The notes under the pieces: model-generated
The model's input: the letters and a program-made list of their open reading frames with translations, nothing else
Told to the model about the DNA's origin: nothing
Database searches by the model: none
Position numbers and translations under genes: made by a program
Assembly (NCBI GenBank): GCA_036405415.1
Contig: DASWXP010000002.1
Location: 340,803 to 404,802 of the forward strand
Source of the DNA: Minisyncoccota bacterium
GTDB lineage: Bacteria > Patescibacteriota > Minisyncoccia > Phycocordibacterales > Phycocordibacteraceae
Direction of reading: 5' to 3'
DNA length: 64,000 nucleotides
Part shown: piece by piece, positions 39,697-49,986 of the stretch
Layout: every line of letters begins with the position of its first letter
How positions within the stretch are numbered: the stretch's first letter is position 1

Positions 39697-41871
39697 ATGA
39701 AGCCTACGGACCTGCTCACCGAACACTTCACGCGCCTCAAGCCTGACCAGAAGAAAGCGCTCGAGCGCCTCGGCATCAGGACCGTTCGCGACCTCCTCTA
39801 CCACTTCCCCTCCCGCTACGAAGCATCGGGTCCGACCGGTACCATCGGCAACGTCTCGCCCGGAAGCGAGGTGACTCTATACGGCACGATCAGGAAGCCT
39901 GAAGCGAAGAAGGCATGGAAGTCGAAGCGCCCCATGGCTGAAGCCTGGCTTGAGGACGCCTCAGGTCGTATCAAGCTGCGCTGGTTCTCGCAGCCGTACA
40001 TCGCGAAGACCCTTCAGGACGGGATGGTGGTAAAAGCGAGCGGCAAGGTAACCGGGACCGAGGGCAAGGTGTACCTCGCGAATCCAGAGATAGACCGCTC
40101 TCCAGTGCCGCCAGAGGACGTGCACGAGTCACTCTTCACACAGGACGAGGCGGTGCCACTCATCGAGGATACGCTGTTTGCGATTTATCCCGAATCAAAG
40201 GGCGTTTCCTCTCTGTGGCTTTCGCACGCGGTGAAGCGCGTATTCGAATCAGGCATGCACGAGACGCTTGTTGATCCGATACCTAAAGATATGCTCGACC
40301 GGTACAGCCTCCCCACCCTCCAGACCGCGCTCATCTGGATGCACGCGCCTCGGAAGCTACCTGACGCGCAGGCCGCGCGCAAGCGCTTCGCGTTCGAAGA
40401 AGTATTTGCCATACAGCTCACGACTCAAAGACGGCGGCTCGAAGCATCCAAGGAACGAGCGCTTCCCGTGCATGCCGATCGTGATCGCCTGAACGAGTTC
40501 ATCGCGTCTTTCCCGTTCCCGCCAACCGAAGCGCAGTCTTCTTCGATCGAGCGCATCGTCTCTGACTTCGAGAAGCCGCATCCGATGCGCCGCTTGCTTG
40601 AAGGTGACGTAGGAAGCGGCAAGACCGCGGTAGCGGCCGCAACCGCCTACATGGTTGCGACCTCGAAGCCGCCCGGAAGAATTGCCGGCGCGCTCCAGGT
40701 CGCGTATATGTGCCCCACCGAGATCCTCGCGAAGCAGCACTTCTCTACCTTCGTCTCCTATTTCAAGGACCATCCGATCCCTATCGGTCTCATAACCGGT
40801 ACCGAGTGTCGGAAGTTCCCCTCGAAGGTCCGGTACGAAGAGTCCGCGAAGGTATCGCGCGCGCAGTTTGCGAAATGGGTAGCCAACGGGGAGATCCCGA
40901 TCGTGATCGGTACCCACGCGCTCGTCTATAAGTCTCTGTCGTTCCAGAACCTCGCGTACGCCATCATCGACGAGCAGCATCGCTTCGGAAAGGCACACCG
41001 CCAGAAGCTCGCGCGCAAAGGCACGGAACCCATGCCGCATCTCCTTTCCATGACCGCGACCCCTATCCCGCGTACGCTCGCCCTATCTATTTACGGAGAC
41101 CTCGACCTCTCCCTGCTCGACCAGATGCCGCTCGGTCGCAAACCCATCATCACGGAAGTCCTTGGACCCGAGAAGCGCGAGCGCGCGTACGAACGCGTGC
41201 GCGAGGAACTCAAGAAAGGACACCAGGCATATGTCATCTGCCCACGCATCAACGAACCGGACCCCTCAAAGGAATCAGCAATCCAGGCGAAGAGCGTAAA
41301 AGCGGAAGCAGAGCGCCTTTCGCGCGACATATTCCCTGACGCTGCGATAGACATCCTTCACTCGAAGATGCTTCCGAAGGACAAGGAGGACGTGATGAAG
41401 CGGTTCGAGAAGAACGAGGTACAGATACTCGTCGCGACATCCGTGGTTGAAGTGGGCGTGAACGTCCCGAACGCGACCGTGATCCTAATCGAAGGCGCCG
41501 AGCGCTTCGGGCTCGCCCAGCTGCATCAGCTGCGCGGCCGCGTCATCCGCTCATCGAATCAGGCGTATTGTTTTGCACTCCCTGAGTCGTATGGTCCAAC
41601 CACGAAGGAGCGCCTGACCGCGCTTACTACCGCAAAGAACGGATTCGAGCTTGCCGAATACGATCTCGCGCTACGCGGTGCTGGAGAGCTCTACGGAGCG
41701 AAGCAATGGGGCGTCTCAGATATCGCTATGGAAGCACTCAAGAACGTGAAGATGGTGGAAGCGGCACGTAACGAGGCGCAGGCGCTCATCGAGAAGGATC
41801 CGGAACTAAAGAAGCATCCCCTACTCGCGACACTCGCAAAGGAAGTAGACGAGGAGGTGCATCCTGAATAA
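39697..41871 (+). CDS. recG: ATP-dependent DNA helicase RecG
   Basis: GDVGSGKT, DEQHRFG, MTATPIPR and QLHQLRGRV motifs. Confidence 0.97.
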   Translation: MKPTDLLTEHFTRLKPDQKKALERLGIRTVRDLLYHFPSRYEASGPTGTIGNVSPGSEVTLYGTIRKPEAKKAWKSKRPMAEAWLEDASGRIKLRWFSQPYIAKTLQDGMVVKASGKVTGTEGKVYLANPEIDRSPVPPEDVHESLFTQDEAVPLIEDTLFAIYPESKGVSSLWLSHAVKRVFESGMHETLVDPIPKDMLDRYSLPTLQTALIWMHAPRKLPDAQAARKRFAFEEVFAIQLTTQRRRLEASKERALPVHADRDRLNEFIASFPFPPTEAQSSSIERIVSDFEKPHPMRRLLEGDVGSGKTAVAAATAYMVATSKPPGRIAGALQVAYMCPTEILAKQHFSTFVSYFKDHPIPIGLITGTECRKFPSKVRYEESAKVSRAQFAKWVANGEIPIVIGTHALVYKSLSFQNLAYAIIDEQHRFGKAHRQKLARKGTEPMPHLLSMTATPIPRTLALSIYGDLDLSLLDQMPLGRKPIITEVLGPEKRERAYERVREELKKGHQAYVICPRINEPDPSKESAIQAKSVKAEAERLSRDIFPDAAIDILHSKMLPKDKEDVMKRFEKNEVQILVATSVVEVGVNVPNATVILIEGAERFGLAQLHQLRGRVIRSSNQAYCFALPESYGPTTKERLTALTTAKNGFELAEYDLALRGAGELYGAKQWGVSDIAMEALKNVKMVEAARNEAQALIEKDPELKKHPLLATLAKEVDEEVHPE

Positions 41872-41893
41872 GGGTGCGTTACAGTAGCTTAAG

Positions 41894-41970
41894 CCACCCT
41901 TAGCTCAGTTGGTTAGAGCGCGGAGCTTATACCTCCGTGGTCCTTGGTTCGAGTCCAAGAGGGTGGACCA
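41894..41970 (+). tRNA. tRNA-Ile(TAT)
   Basis: CCACCCT/AGGGTGG acceptor stem; CGGAG-CTTATAC-CTCCG anticodon arm; A73 and CCA. Confidence 0.9.
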
Positions 41971-42028
41971 GAAATCTGATTCTGATATAAGGAAGCTAGT
42001 CTTGGCACCTTAGGAAAGGAGACGTTCC

Positions 42029-42466
42029 ATGGACTGCACGAACTGCGGCGCATGCTGCGTCGGCCAGATCATTCCGCTCACCAAGCTCGAGCGTGGCACC
42101 ACGCCGCCTGAGCTCATGGATGGAAAAGGTAATCTGAAATCCGTCGACGGGCACTGCATCCTCTTCGATCCGAAAACTCGAAGCTGTACCGACTACGAAC
42201 ACCGACCTCAAATATGCCGCGATTTCAAAAGCGGCTGCGATCGGTGCGTCGTTATGCGGGCGTTCGGGTCAGCGCGGCTCGGCATGGGCCCTGAACCCGT
42301 ACCGACACCAGTCGCTGAAAGCGCATTCGCCGACTTCGCAGTCCGTCTTCACCTTGAAGAAGACGGCGGGCGTATCCGACGGATATCTCACCCGGAACCT
42401 GACGCAGTAACACAAGCGGCACTTCTCATTGCGAACGAGGAGCTCCGGAATGCGGAAGGATACTGA
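42029..42466 (+). CDS. YkgJ family (CxxCxxCC) cysteine-cluster protein
   Basis: CTNCGACC...CILF...CTDYEHRPQICRDF; SD AAGGAG. Confidence 0.85.
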   Translation: MDCTNCGACCVGQIIPLTKLERGTTPPELMDGKGNLKSVDGHCILFDPKTRSCTDYEHRPQICRDFKSGCDRCVVMRAFGSARLGMGPEPVPTPVAESAFADFAVRLHLEEDGGRIRRISHPEPDAVTQAALLIANEELRNAEGY

Positions 42467-42499
42467 AACGGCGACCCTTTTGGGCCGCCGTTTTCTCTT

Positions 42500-44446
42500 T
42501 TACTTGTGCCCTGCCCCGACCGCAGGCGCTGAGATCTCCTCTTCAGGCTCGGGCGCCTTCGGCGTGATGCCGTTGGCGATGAGGATCTTCTCGAACTCCT
42601 CGCGCTCGATGGTCTCGACCTCTACGAGCTTCTCCGCGATCGCATCGAGCGCGCCGCGGTGCTGCTCGAGCACCTCGCGCGCACGGCCCTTCGCCTCCTC
42701 GATGATGCGTGCTACTTCCGCGTCGATCTTGCCAGCAACCTCCTGCGAGTACGCAGCGTCTCCATACCGATCTGCGGCGTACGCGACCGGACCGAGCGAA
42801 TCGCTCATGCCGTAGCGCGCCACCATATCGCGCGCGAGCGCCACGATAACCGCGAGGTCGTTCGAAGGGCCCGTCGTGAGGTCGCCGAAGATCATCTCTT
42901 CTGCGACGTAGCCGCCCAAGGTTCCTGCGATATCGTCCAGGAACGACTTCCTCGACTGCATCTTCTTATCGTCAAACGGAAGCTTCAGCGTGTAGCCTGC
43001 AGCACGCCCGCGGCTGATGATAGAGATCTTGTGGATCGGATCCGCGTGCTCGAGCACGGAACCAACGAGTGCATGACCCGCTTCGTGATACGCGGTGACC
43101 CGCTTCTCTTTCTTGCCGAGGATGTGGCTCTTTCGCTCCGGACCGAGCATCACCTTCTCGATGGAGCGGATGAGATCGTACTGGGTAATCTCCTTGCGAT
43201 TCTCACGCGCAGCAAGGATCGCGCCCTCGTTCATTAAGGAATAGAGCTCAGCGCCGGAGAAGCCCGGGGTGCGCTCTGCGATAACCTCAAGGTTCACGTC
43301 AGGACCGAGCGGCTTCTTGCGCGCATGTACGCCGAGGATCTCGAGGCGGTCCTTGCGGTCCGGAAGGTCGATCGTCACGCGACGATCGAAGCGACCCGGA
43401 CGAAGAAGCGCCGGATCAAGCACGTCAGGACGGTTGGTTGCTGCCATCACGATCACCTTCTCCGTCGGATCGAAGCCGTCCATCTCAACGAGGATCTGGT
43501 TTAAGGTCTGCTCACGCTCATCATTTCCGCCGCCAATACCGGTACCGCGCACGCGCCCAACGGCATCAATCTCGTCAACGAAGATGATCGCCGGAGAAGT
43601 GCGCTTTGCCATGAGGAAGAGGTCGCGCACGCGCGACGCGCCCACGCCCACGAACATCTCCACGAACTCAGAACCTGAGATGGAGAAGAAGGGCACGCCC
43701 GCCTCGCCCGCAACCGCGCGCGCAAGCAAGGTCTTTCCGGTTCCCGGTGCGCCCATGAGTAGGATGCCCTTCGGGATACGCGCACCGATATCGAGGAACT
43801 TCTTCGGGTTCTTGAGGAAGTCCACGATCTCAAGCAACTCTTCCTTCGCTTCCTTGGCGCCTGCGACGTCCGCGAACATCACGCGCTGCGACGTGTCCGC
43901 AGGATCGATCATGCGCGCCTTTGACTGTCCGAAGGAGAACGCCTGCATACCCGCGCCTCGCACCTGGCGCGTAAGGAACCAGAAGAGTACGGCAAGGAAG
44001 ACGATCGGAAGCAGGATCGGCGCGAGGTTGAAGAACCAGTACGTGAACCCGCCTTCCTTCTCAATGGAGGCAGAGACAACGGAAAGCTGCTCCGGTGTCA
44101 CGCCGTACGCGGAGAGCGTCTCCGGGAGCGACGCTTCCGGATCCTTCATCGAGGTCTTCTTCGTGCCGTCCTGGTACGTAAGCGCCACCTCGTTGCCGCT
44201 GATCTCGAGCGCAGACACCGAGCCCGCCTTCACGTCAGCGGCTACCTGCGAAAGCGAGATCTGCTCCGGCTTCGTGCTCTCGCCCATGAGGAGCGAGTAG
44301 ATGCCGGTGAGGGCGATGAGGATAAGGACCGTCGAAATGACGTTCGCCGTGAATCCCCCACCCTTAGGCATCGGGACCTTCCCTTTCGGGAGCTTCGGGC
44401 CTCCTTTCCTTGAAGCTTTCAACGCGGGTTTTTTAGTAGGTGCCAT
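42500..44446 (-). CDS. ftsH: ATP-dependent zinc metalloprotease FtsH
   Basis: Two TM helices; [12 protein letters not shown] and HEAGH motifs. Confidence 0.98.
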   Translation of the reverse strand: MAPTKKPALKASRKGGPKLPKGKVPMPKGGGFTANVISTVLILIALTGIYSLLMGESTKPEQISLSQVAADVKAGSVSALEISGNEVALTYQDGTKKTSMKDPEASLPETLSAYGVTPEQLSVVSASIEKEGGFTYWFFNLAPILLPIVFLAVLFWFLTRQVRGAGMQAFSFGQSKARMIDPADTSQRVMFADVAGAKEAKEELLEIVDFLKNPKKFLDIGARIPKGILLMGAPGTGKTLLARAVAGEAGVPFFSISGSEFVEMFVGVGASRVRDLFLMAKRTSPAIIFVDEIDAVGRVRGTGIGGGNDEREQTLNQILVEMDGFDPTEKVIVMAATNRPDVLDPALLRPGRFDRRVTIDLPDRKDRLEILGVHARKKPLGPDVNLEVIAERTPGFSGAELYSLMNEGAILAARENRKEITQYDLIRSIEKVMLGPERKSHILGKKEKRVTAYHEAGHALVGSVLEHADPIHKISIISRGRAAGYTLKLPFDDKKMQSRKSFLDDIAGTLGGYVAEEMIFGDLTTGPSNDLAVIVALARDMVARYGMSDSLGPVAYAADRYGDAAYSQEVAGKIDAEVARIIEEAKGRAREVLEQHRGALDAIAEKLVEVETIEREEFEKILIANGITPKAPEPEEEISAPAVGAGHK

Positions 44447-44505
44447 AGTCGTTCCAGTATACGCGAGCAGCGCATTTGCCGAAATCCTGCTACCTTTTAT
44501 AGGTC

Positions 44506-44952
44506 ATGGCACCCTTGCTCGAGAATAAGAAGGTACGGCTCCGTTTCGAGTCGCTTGAGACCTTCACCGCCGGGATCGAACTCTTCGGGTTCGAGGTTAA
44601 GTCGCTGCGCGCGAGGCTCGGAAGCCTCGAGGGCTCGCGCGTCGTGGTGCGCGGCGGCGAGGCCTTCCTAACAGGCATGACCATCCCGCCGTACCAGATG
44701 GCGAACGCTCCTAAGGAGTACGACCCTGAGCGCGCACGCCGCCTTCTCCTTTCTCGCAAGGAGATCGCTGAACTCCTTGATGCAGAATCTAAGAAAGGGT
44801 TGACAGTTGTGCCTTTTGAGGTATACAATAAGGGAAGATACCTGAAGGTGCGCATCGACATCGTGCGCGGCAAGAACAAGGCTGACAGACGCGAGGACAT
44901 CAAACGTCTGGAAGCGAAGAAGGAAGCCGATCGCGCGATGCGAGAGAAATAG
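44506..44952 (+). CDS. smpB: SsrA-binding protein
   Basis: AGIELFGFEVKSLR, RRLLLSRKEI and GKNKADRRE motifs. Confidence 0.95.
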   Translation: MAPLLENKKVRLRFESLETFTAGIELFGFEVKSLRARLGSLEGSRVVVRGGEAFLTGMTIPPYQMANAPKEYDPERARRLLLSRKEIAELLDAESKKGLTVVPFEVYNKGRYLKVRIDIVRGKNKADRREDIKRLEAKKEADRAMREK

Positions 44953-44998
44953 TCGATCAGTCGCGTTCTACAACCGTTCTCCTGAACGGTTGTAGAAC

Positions 44999-45404
44999 GG
45001 GGGTGACCGGCTTTGACGGTCCTGTACCTTGAGAGACGTGCGACGCGGTGGAAGTGTGCTGACCACCTAAAAACGTACACAAAAATACTTGCAAAGAACA
45101 CTCTTGCAAGCGTGAAGTCTCCGTTCACCATGAACGACTTCGCGTTCGCTTACGTACGGACGGCTTAAGCCTCCTCGCCTAAGCGACGTTCGTACTTCCC
45201 CGTTCCTTCAGGGGGAAGTACGGGCGGAATCTTCTGAAGGATAGGTATCTGCGCTCTCCCAGGCGCAGACTGAAGCGACGGGATCAGGTAGAGGCGTTTT
45301 CGTTACCGTTCCTATTCCTCTACTGAATTGCTAACGGTAACTACGCGTCGTAGACTCGCTCTTGAGACGGGATTCGGACCGGAGTTCGACTCTCCGCACC
45401 TCCA
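44999..45404 (+). ncRNA. ssrA: tmRNA
   Basis: 5' GGGGGTGA..GCTTTGAC; 3' GTTCGACTCTCCGCACCTCCA with a G3-U pair; tag ORF at 45091-45168; directly after smpB. Confidence 0.93.
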
Positions 45405-45413
45405 CATAACCAA

Positions 45414-45452
45414 TAAAAAGAACGCGGTCCCTAAAGGGACCGCGTTCTTTTT
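45414..45452. terminator. Bidirectional terminator after ssrA
   Basis: TAAAAAGAACGCGGTCCCT-A-AAGGGACCGCGTTCTTTTTA. Confidence 0.8.
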
Positions 45453-45463
45453 AGAGCGAATGC

Positions 45464-45715
45464 TTACGCCCTGCGAACGAGCTTCACGATCGCAAGCAGC
45501 ACAACCGCGCCAAGGATCGCGACGATGAGGCTGTAGAGGTTGAACCCGTCTACGCCGCCCTCGCCGAACGTGTTCATGATGAAACCGCCGAGGATCGCGC
45601 CGATGATACCGACGATGATATCGAGCAAGAGACCCTGCTGGCCGTTCGTCTTCATGATGAGAGACGCGATCCAGCCTGCAATAGCACCGAAGATGATCCA
45701 AAGAATGATTCCCAT
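45464..45715 (-). CDS. GlsB/YeaQ/YmgE family membrane protein
   Basis: WIIFGAIAGWIA...DIIVGIIGAILGG...SLIVAILGAVVLL. Confidence 0.92.
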   Translation of the reverse strand: MGIILWIIFGAIAGWIASLIMKTNGQQGLLLDIIVGIIGAILGGFIMNTFGEGGVDGFNLYSLIVAILGAVVLLAIVKLVRRA

Positions 45716-45746
45716 AGTGTTGGTGAGTTAGAAGAGGTAAGGACTA

Positions 45747-45944
45747 TTACTGCGCTGCGCCGCCCATGTCTGGCGTCGGCACCTCGACATTGATCTGCGT
45801 TGGTGCCGGAGCTGCTGCCCCGCCCCCGAGGCCCGGCCACACGAAGATGGCTACGAGCGCGATGATGATGAGCAGCACGGCAGCGATAATCCATCCGCCT
45901 GCGCCTCCACTCCCTGAATCAGAATTGTTTACAACGGTTGCCAT
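45747..45944 (-). CDS. Small single-TM protein
   Basis: MATVVNNSDSGSGG, TM helix, Pro-rich tail. Confidence 0.65.
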   Translation of the reverse strand: MATVVNNSDSGSGGAGGWIIAAVLLIIIALVAIFVWPGLGGGAAAPAPTQINVEVPTPDMGGAAQ

Positions 45945-46083
45945 TTGAATTTGCATCAACTTATATAGCCGCTGAGTATAGTCATCACGCGTGAAATCAA
46001 GATGAAGCCTTCAGGTCCAAGACTTCATGAAAGGCTCAGGCTTCCTTGTGTACGCTTCCTGCATACCCTAATAACGAAACCGC

Positions 46084-46518
46084 ATGAACCGAACCGGACT
46101 TATTGTGCTTATTATCGCTATCATCGGACTACTCGTGCTCTTCTTCGCATTCAATCGCCCCGCGATGGATGAGGCTCGCGAGAACACCGAGGACATGGCG
46201 ACTACCACTGCCTCGGCAATGAATCAGACGGCCACCCGCGCTGAGGCAGCCGCCGAGCTCACGGCGCTTCGTGCGCGCGTCGAGGCCGGCGAGACCTACG
46301 CAGACCTCCAGGAAGACTTCGCCCGGGTCCGCGCACGCGTTGCCACCTCCTATGAGAATGCTGAGGGAGCCGCAGCAGACGAGTGGGCTGAGGTTCAGGC
46401 TGATTTCGACAACCTCGAGGCATCCGCCCGCGCCGGAACGAGCTCCTTCCTTGATTCGCTTGCGTCCCTCATCGCCCGCCTCTCCGCAGACGTGCGCGTA
46501 GAGTCCGAGACCGAATAG
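46084..46518 (+). CDS. Membrane-anchored helical hypothetical protein
   Basis: N-terminal TM helix followed by Ala/Glu-rich helices. Confidence 0.65.
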   Translation: MNRTGLIVLIIAIIGLLVLFFAFNRPAMDEARENTEDMATTTASAMNQTATRAEAAAELTALRARVEAGETYADLQEDFARVRARVATSYENAEGAAADEWAEVQADFDNLEASARAGTSSFLDSLASLIARLSADVRVESETE

Positions 46519-46603
46519 GGGCTCTGAGGCCATACCAAGACTAAAATGCAATAAGCCGTACCTTGAGTACGGCCTATTTGCGTGCTAAAATGCTCTAAAC
46601 GCC

Positions 46604-47176
46604 TTGAATACGACCGAACGAATCCGCATAAACCGTGAGATCCGCGCAAGCGAGCTCCGGGTGATAGGCGCCGAGGGAGAGAACCTCGGCGTGATTTCGA
46701 CGTCTGAGGCCCTCAAAAAGGCCCAGGATGCGGGTCTAGACCTCATCGAAATCTCGCCGAACGCGGTCCCTCCCGTTGCGAAAATCATGGATTATGGTAA
46801 GTTTCAGTACGAGCATAAGAAGCGAGAGAGTGCTGCTCGAGCCAAGGTTAAGGTATCCGAGACCAAGGAAGTCCAGATCAAGGTCGGGACTGGAGAGAAC
46901 GACATGCGCCTCAAGGCCAAGAAGGCAGCCGAATGGCTCGCCGAAGGCCATCGAGTGCGTGTCGAGCTCTTCCTCAAGGGCCGATACAAGGGCATGGAGG
47001 AAGCATTCCTCAAGACCCGCCTCGAGAAGTTCGTGCTCCTCATCCCCTATCCGTATAAGATAGCCGAGCCTATCGCGCGCGCCCCGAAGGGCTTCGCCGG
47101 TATCCTCGAGCGGGATGCGAAGGCCGTGGCTGCCGGAACCAAAAAGCCAGAGAATCCTGACCCACAAACACCGTAA
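46604..47176 (+). CDS. infC: Translation initiation factor IF-3 (non-ATG start)
   Basis: INREIRASELRVI and PPVAKIMDYGKFQYE; precedes rpmI-rplT. Confidence 0.95.
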   Translation: MNTTERIRINREIRASELRVIGAEGENLGVISTSEALKKAQDAGLDLIEISPNAVPPVAKIMDYGKFQYEHKKRESAARAKVKVSETKEVQIKVGTGENDMRLKAKKAAEWLAEGHRVRVELFLKGRYKGMEEAFLKTRLEKFVLLIPYPYKIAEPIARAPKGFAGILERDAKAVAAGTKKPENPDPQTP

Positions 47177-47178
47177 CC

Positions 47179-47370
47179 ATGAAAACCAACAAGTCGTACA
47201 GCAAGCGCATCAAAGTGACCCGCAACGGGACGCTTGTTGCACGCAAGCCGGGTCAGAACCATTTCAACGCAAAGGAGCGCGGACGCACCAAGGGTGTGAA
47301 GGGTCGCACGAACATTCTCAATGTTCCAAAGCGCATCGTCCGCCAGTTCTTGAGCAAGACGAGCGCATAA
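47179..47370 (+). CDS. rpmI: 50S ribosomal protein L35
   Basis: MKTNKSYSKRIKVT; operon position. Confidence 0.92.
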   Translation: MKTNKSYSKRIKVTRNGTLVARKPGQNHFNAKERGRTKGVKGRTNILNVPKRIVRQFLSKTSA

Positions 47371-47390
47371 CTTTCAGTAACTAATTCCGT

Positions 47391-47741
47391 ATGGCACGAG
47401 TAAAGGGTGGTGTAATTGCAGCAAAGAAGCGTCGCAGCATTTTGAAGCGCGCGAAGGGCTACCGCCACGGCCGCTCCACGAAGGTTCGCCTCGCGAAGGA
47501 GTCCTTGGTACATGCAGGCAAGAACGCGTTCAACCACCGCCGCGACAAGAAGACCGACTTCCGCCAGCTCTGGATCGTGCGCCTCAACGCAGCGCTCCGC
47601 GATCTCGGCTTCAAGTCCTACAGCACCTTCATCGCCGCTAAGGCAAAGGCTGGCATCGAGCTCGACCGCAAGGTCCTCGCGACGCTTGCCGCAACCGAGC
47701 CTGAGGTATTTGCGCGCGTCGCAAAGAAGATTCAGGGCTAA
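47391..47741 (+). CDS. rplT: 50S ribosomal protein L20
   Basis: MARVKGG, FRQLWIVRLNA and LDRKVLA motifs. Confidence 0.97.
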   Translation: MARVKGGVIAAKKRRSILKRAKGYRHGRSTKVRLAKESLVHAGKNAFNHRRDKKTDFRQLWIVRLNAALRDLGFKSYSTFIAAKAKAGIELDRKVLATLAATEPEVFARVAKKIQG

Positions 47742-47785
47742 GCCCTTTCTTCATAGGGAAAGCCCCGCACTTAGCGGGGCTTTTC

Positions 47786-48595
47786 TTATTTCCTGAACAG
47801 CTCGTCGACAAACGCGCAACTCTCGCCTATGTACCCATGCTCGGCAAGCTCTGCCCGGATCGCTTCATCAACCATTTCAGACGTACTTGAAGACAGGTCT
47901 TCTGGATCAAGATGCTGGAGTTGATTCGTATTGCAGTAGATATGGTCTTTGTCACGAGTAAGGCCTACGTTGGAGAGCGCCTCAGGAAGAAGTACAAATG
48001 TCTTCGGGTCAGCGCCTGCAACTATCCCAGTCCAGCAGCCACCTGGAATGCCACATGCGGAGATATAGACCTGCGAGCCATCAGTCGCAAAGGATTCTTC
48101 ATGTCTTAAAACCCCTATGAAACGGAACCGATCGGGATTGAAGCCGCTGATTATGAGTCTGTTCGAATAGACATGATTCTTGTCTAGGGCATATCCCCCA
48201 TCCTTAACTTGAAAGGTATCCCTATCAGCTTCAGGCATACCCAAAACTCTTTCTGAGTCGCGCTCGTATCCGGTGAGATGGAGTATCGAGTCTCCTTGCC
48301 GCGCAACAGAGACCTCCAGATCGCTAGCGTCAGGGTAGTGGACTATTTCACCAGAAGCAGAATCTGCGTATACCTTCCCATCTCGAACTGTGTAATGTGT
48401 CATCTCTTCAGGGAGCGACAGGAGCGGAACGAAAACATACTGTATCTCATCCCCGGGACTTGAGAGTCGCTCACTTTCATTTGAAACCAAATATCTTGAA
48501 TAGACCAAGAGACTAAGAACTATCGTGAGGAGTATGAACACTGTGCCCATTCCGATGATGTGCCATTTATTCTTAAATTGCTCAAGAATTCCCAT
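47786..48595 (-). CDS. DKNYY-repeat family membrane-anchored protein (lower GC)
   Basis: ADRDTFQV..YALDKNHVY and ADPKTFVLL...RDKDHIY repeats. Confidence 0.75.
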   Translation of the reverse strand: MGILEQFKNKWHIIGMGTVFILLTIVLSLLVYSRYLVSNESERLSSPGDEIQYVFVPLLSLPEEMTHYTVRDGKVYADSASGEIVHYPDASDLEVSVARQGDSILHLTGYERDSERVLGMPEADRDTFQVKDGGYALDKNHVYSNRLIISGFNPDRFRFIGVLRHEESFATDGSQVYISACGIPGGCWTGIVAGADPKTFVLLPEALSNVGLTRDKDHIYCNTNQLQHLDPEDLSSSTSEMVDEAIRAELAEHGYIGESCAFVDELFRK

Positions 48596-48597
48596 AT

Positions 48598-49986
48598 CTA
48601 TAGTTTCTTAACTCCCTCCTTCCCTATCTCCCACACCTCCCCCTGACTCGGCACCACCGCCTTCGCCCCGAGGAAGTCATGGATACGCTGCGCGAGAAAT
48701 CTTTGTGCGCTCGGCTCGCCGATAGACACGAAGATCGCTTTTGCGCGTGGAAGTGAGCCCTTTGCGAACCTGAGAAGCCCTTCCCTGTCCGCATGCGCGG
48801 ACCAGCTCGTAAGGCTTTCTATTGTTGCGCGCACCTTCACCTCCTGTCCGTCGATTCGTACCTTCTTCGCCCCGTCCTGAAGCAGACGTCCCGGAGAGCC
48901 TGGTGCCTGGTACCCCACGATAAAGAGCGTGGTGTCGGGGTCCGGAAGATACTTCCGCTCCCATTTCCCGATGCGGCCGCCATGAGACATGCCGGCACCC
49001 GCGATGATGAGCTTCGGATCCGGCTCGCCTGCGATGGTCTCCGAGTCCTCCCTGCTCTGCGTCATGGTTAAAAACGGGAATCGGAAGATGCTCGTCTCCT
49101 TCTTCGTCTCAGCCTTCGCGGCGTCATTGAAATACTCTGCCGCATGCTGCTCGTAGATATCCGTAACCCCAATCGCAAGTGGCGAATCGAGGAACACCGG
49201 GAACTTCGGAAGCTCCCCTGCTTCCATAAGGTTCGAGAGCTCGTACAGCATGAGCTGCGTGCGCTCCATGGAGAAAGCCGGCATGAGCATGGTTCCGCCA
49301 CGAGCAAGCGCGCGCTTGAGCGCATCGCGAAGCGCAGGTACGCGTTCCTCCACATGCTCGTGCACCCGGTCCCCGTACACCGCCTCCATGATAAGCGCGT
49401 CCGCATCAGGCACGGGTTCTGCATCGCGCAGGTACGGGTTCGGCGAGTTCCCGATGTCTCCCGTGAACGCTGCAGTGGTCCCATCCGCGTCCTTCACGCG
49501 CACGCTCCCCGCGCCAAGGATATGCCCGGTATCACGCAGGTATACGGAAAGTCCCGGCGCTATCTCCCGCTCTTCGTGATACGGAAGGATCTCAACCAGC
49601 GAGAGGAGGCGTGTCACGTCCTCCTCGCCATAGAGCGGCGTCTGTCCGTAGCGCTTCGCTTCCTGCGCGAGCAGCCCTACGCTGTCGGTCAGCATGAGCG
49701 CCATGAGGTCGCGCGTCGCCTCCGTCATATACGCTTTGCCGCGGAATCCTTCGCGCACGAGCTTCGGAGCGCGCCCTATATGATCGAGGTGCGCGTGTGT
49801 AATGACGAGCGCATCGATCTTGGTCGTGTCATATGGGAATGGCGCGTACATGCACGGAACGCAAAAGTCCTTGCCCTGCTCGAGCCCGCAGTCTATGAGG
49901 ATCCTTCCCCCTTTGATGCCCTCGACGAGGAAGTTCGAGCCGGTGACGGCACCGGCGCCGCCATGGAAGGTTACGCGGAGCGCCAT
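48598..49986 (-). CDS. MBL-fold beta-CASP ribonuclease
   Basis: VTGS, THAHLDHIG, GHILG, GYQAPGS and SAHAD motifs. Confidence 0.92.
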   Translation of the reverse strand: MALRVTFHGGAGAVTGSNFLVEGIKGGRILIDCGLEQGKDFCVPCMYAPFPYDTTKIDALVITHAHLDHIGRAPKLVREGFRGKAYMTEATRDLMALMLTDSVGLLAQEAKRYGQTPLYGEEDVTRLLSLVEILPYHEEREIAPGLSVYLRDTGHILGAGSVRVKDADGTTAAFTGDIGNSPNPYLRDAEPVPDADALIMEAVYGDRVHEHVEERVPALRDALKRALARGGTMLMPAFSMERTQLMLYELSNLMEAGELPKFPVFLDSPLAIGVTDIYEQHAAEYFNDAAKAETKKETSIFRFPFLTMTQSREDSETIAGEPDPKLIIAGAGMSHGGRIGKWERKYLPDPDTTLFIVGYQAPGSPGRLLQDGAKKVRIDGQEVKVRATIESLTSWSAHADREGLLRFAKGSLPRAKAIFVSIGEPSAQRFLAQRIHDFLGAKAVVPSQGEVWEIGKEGVKKL

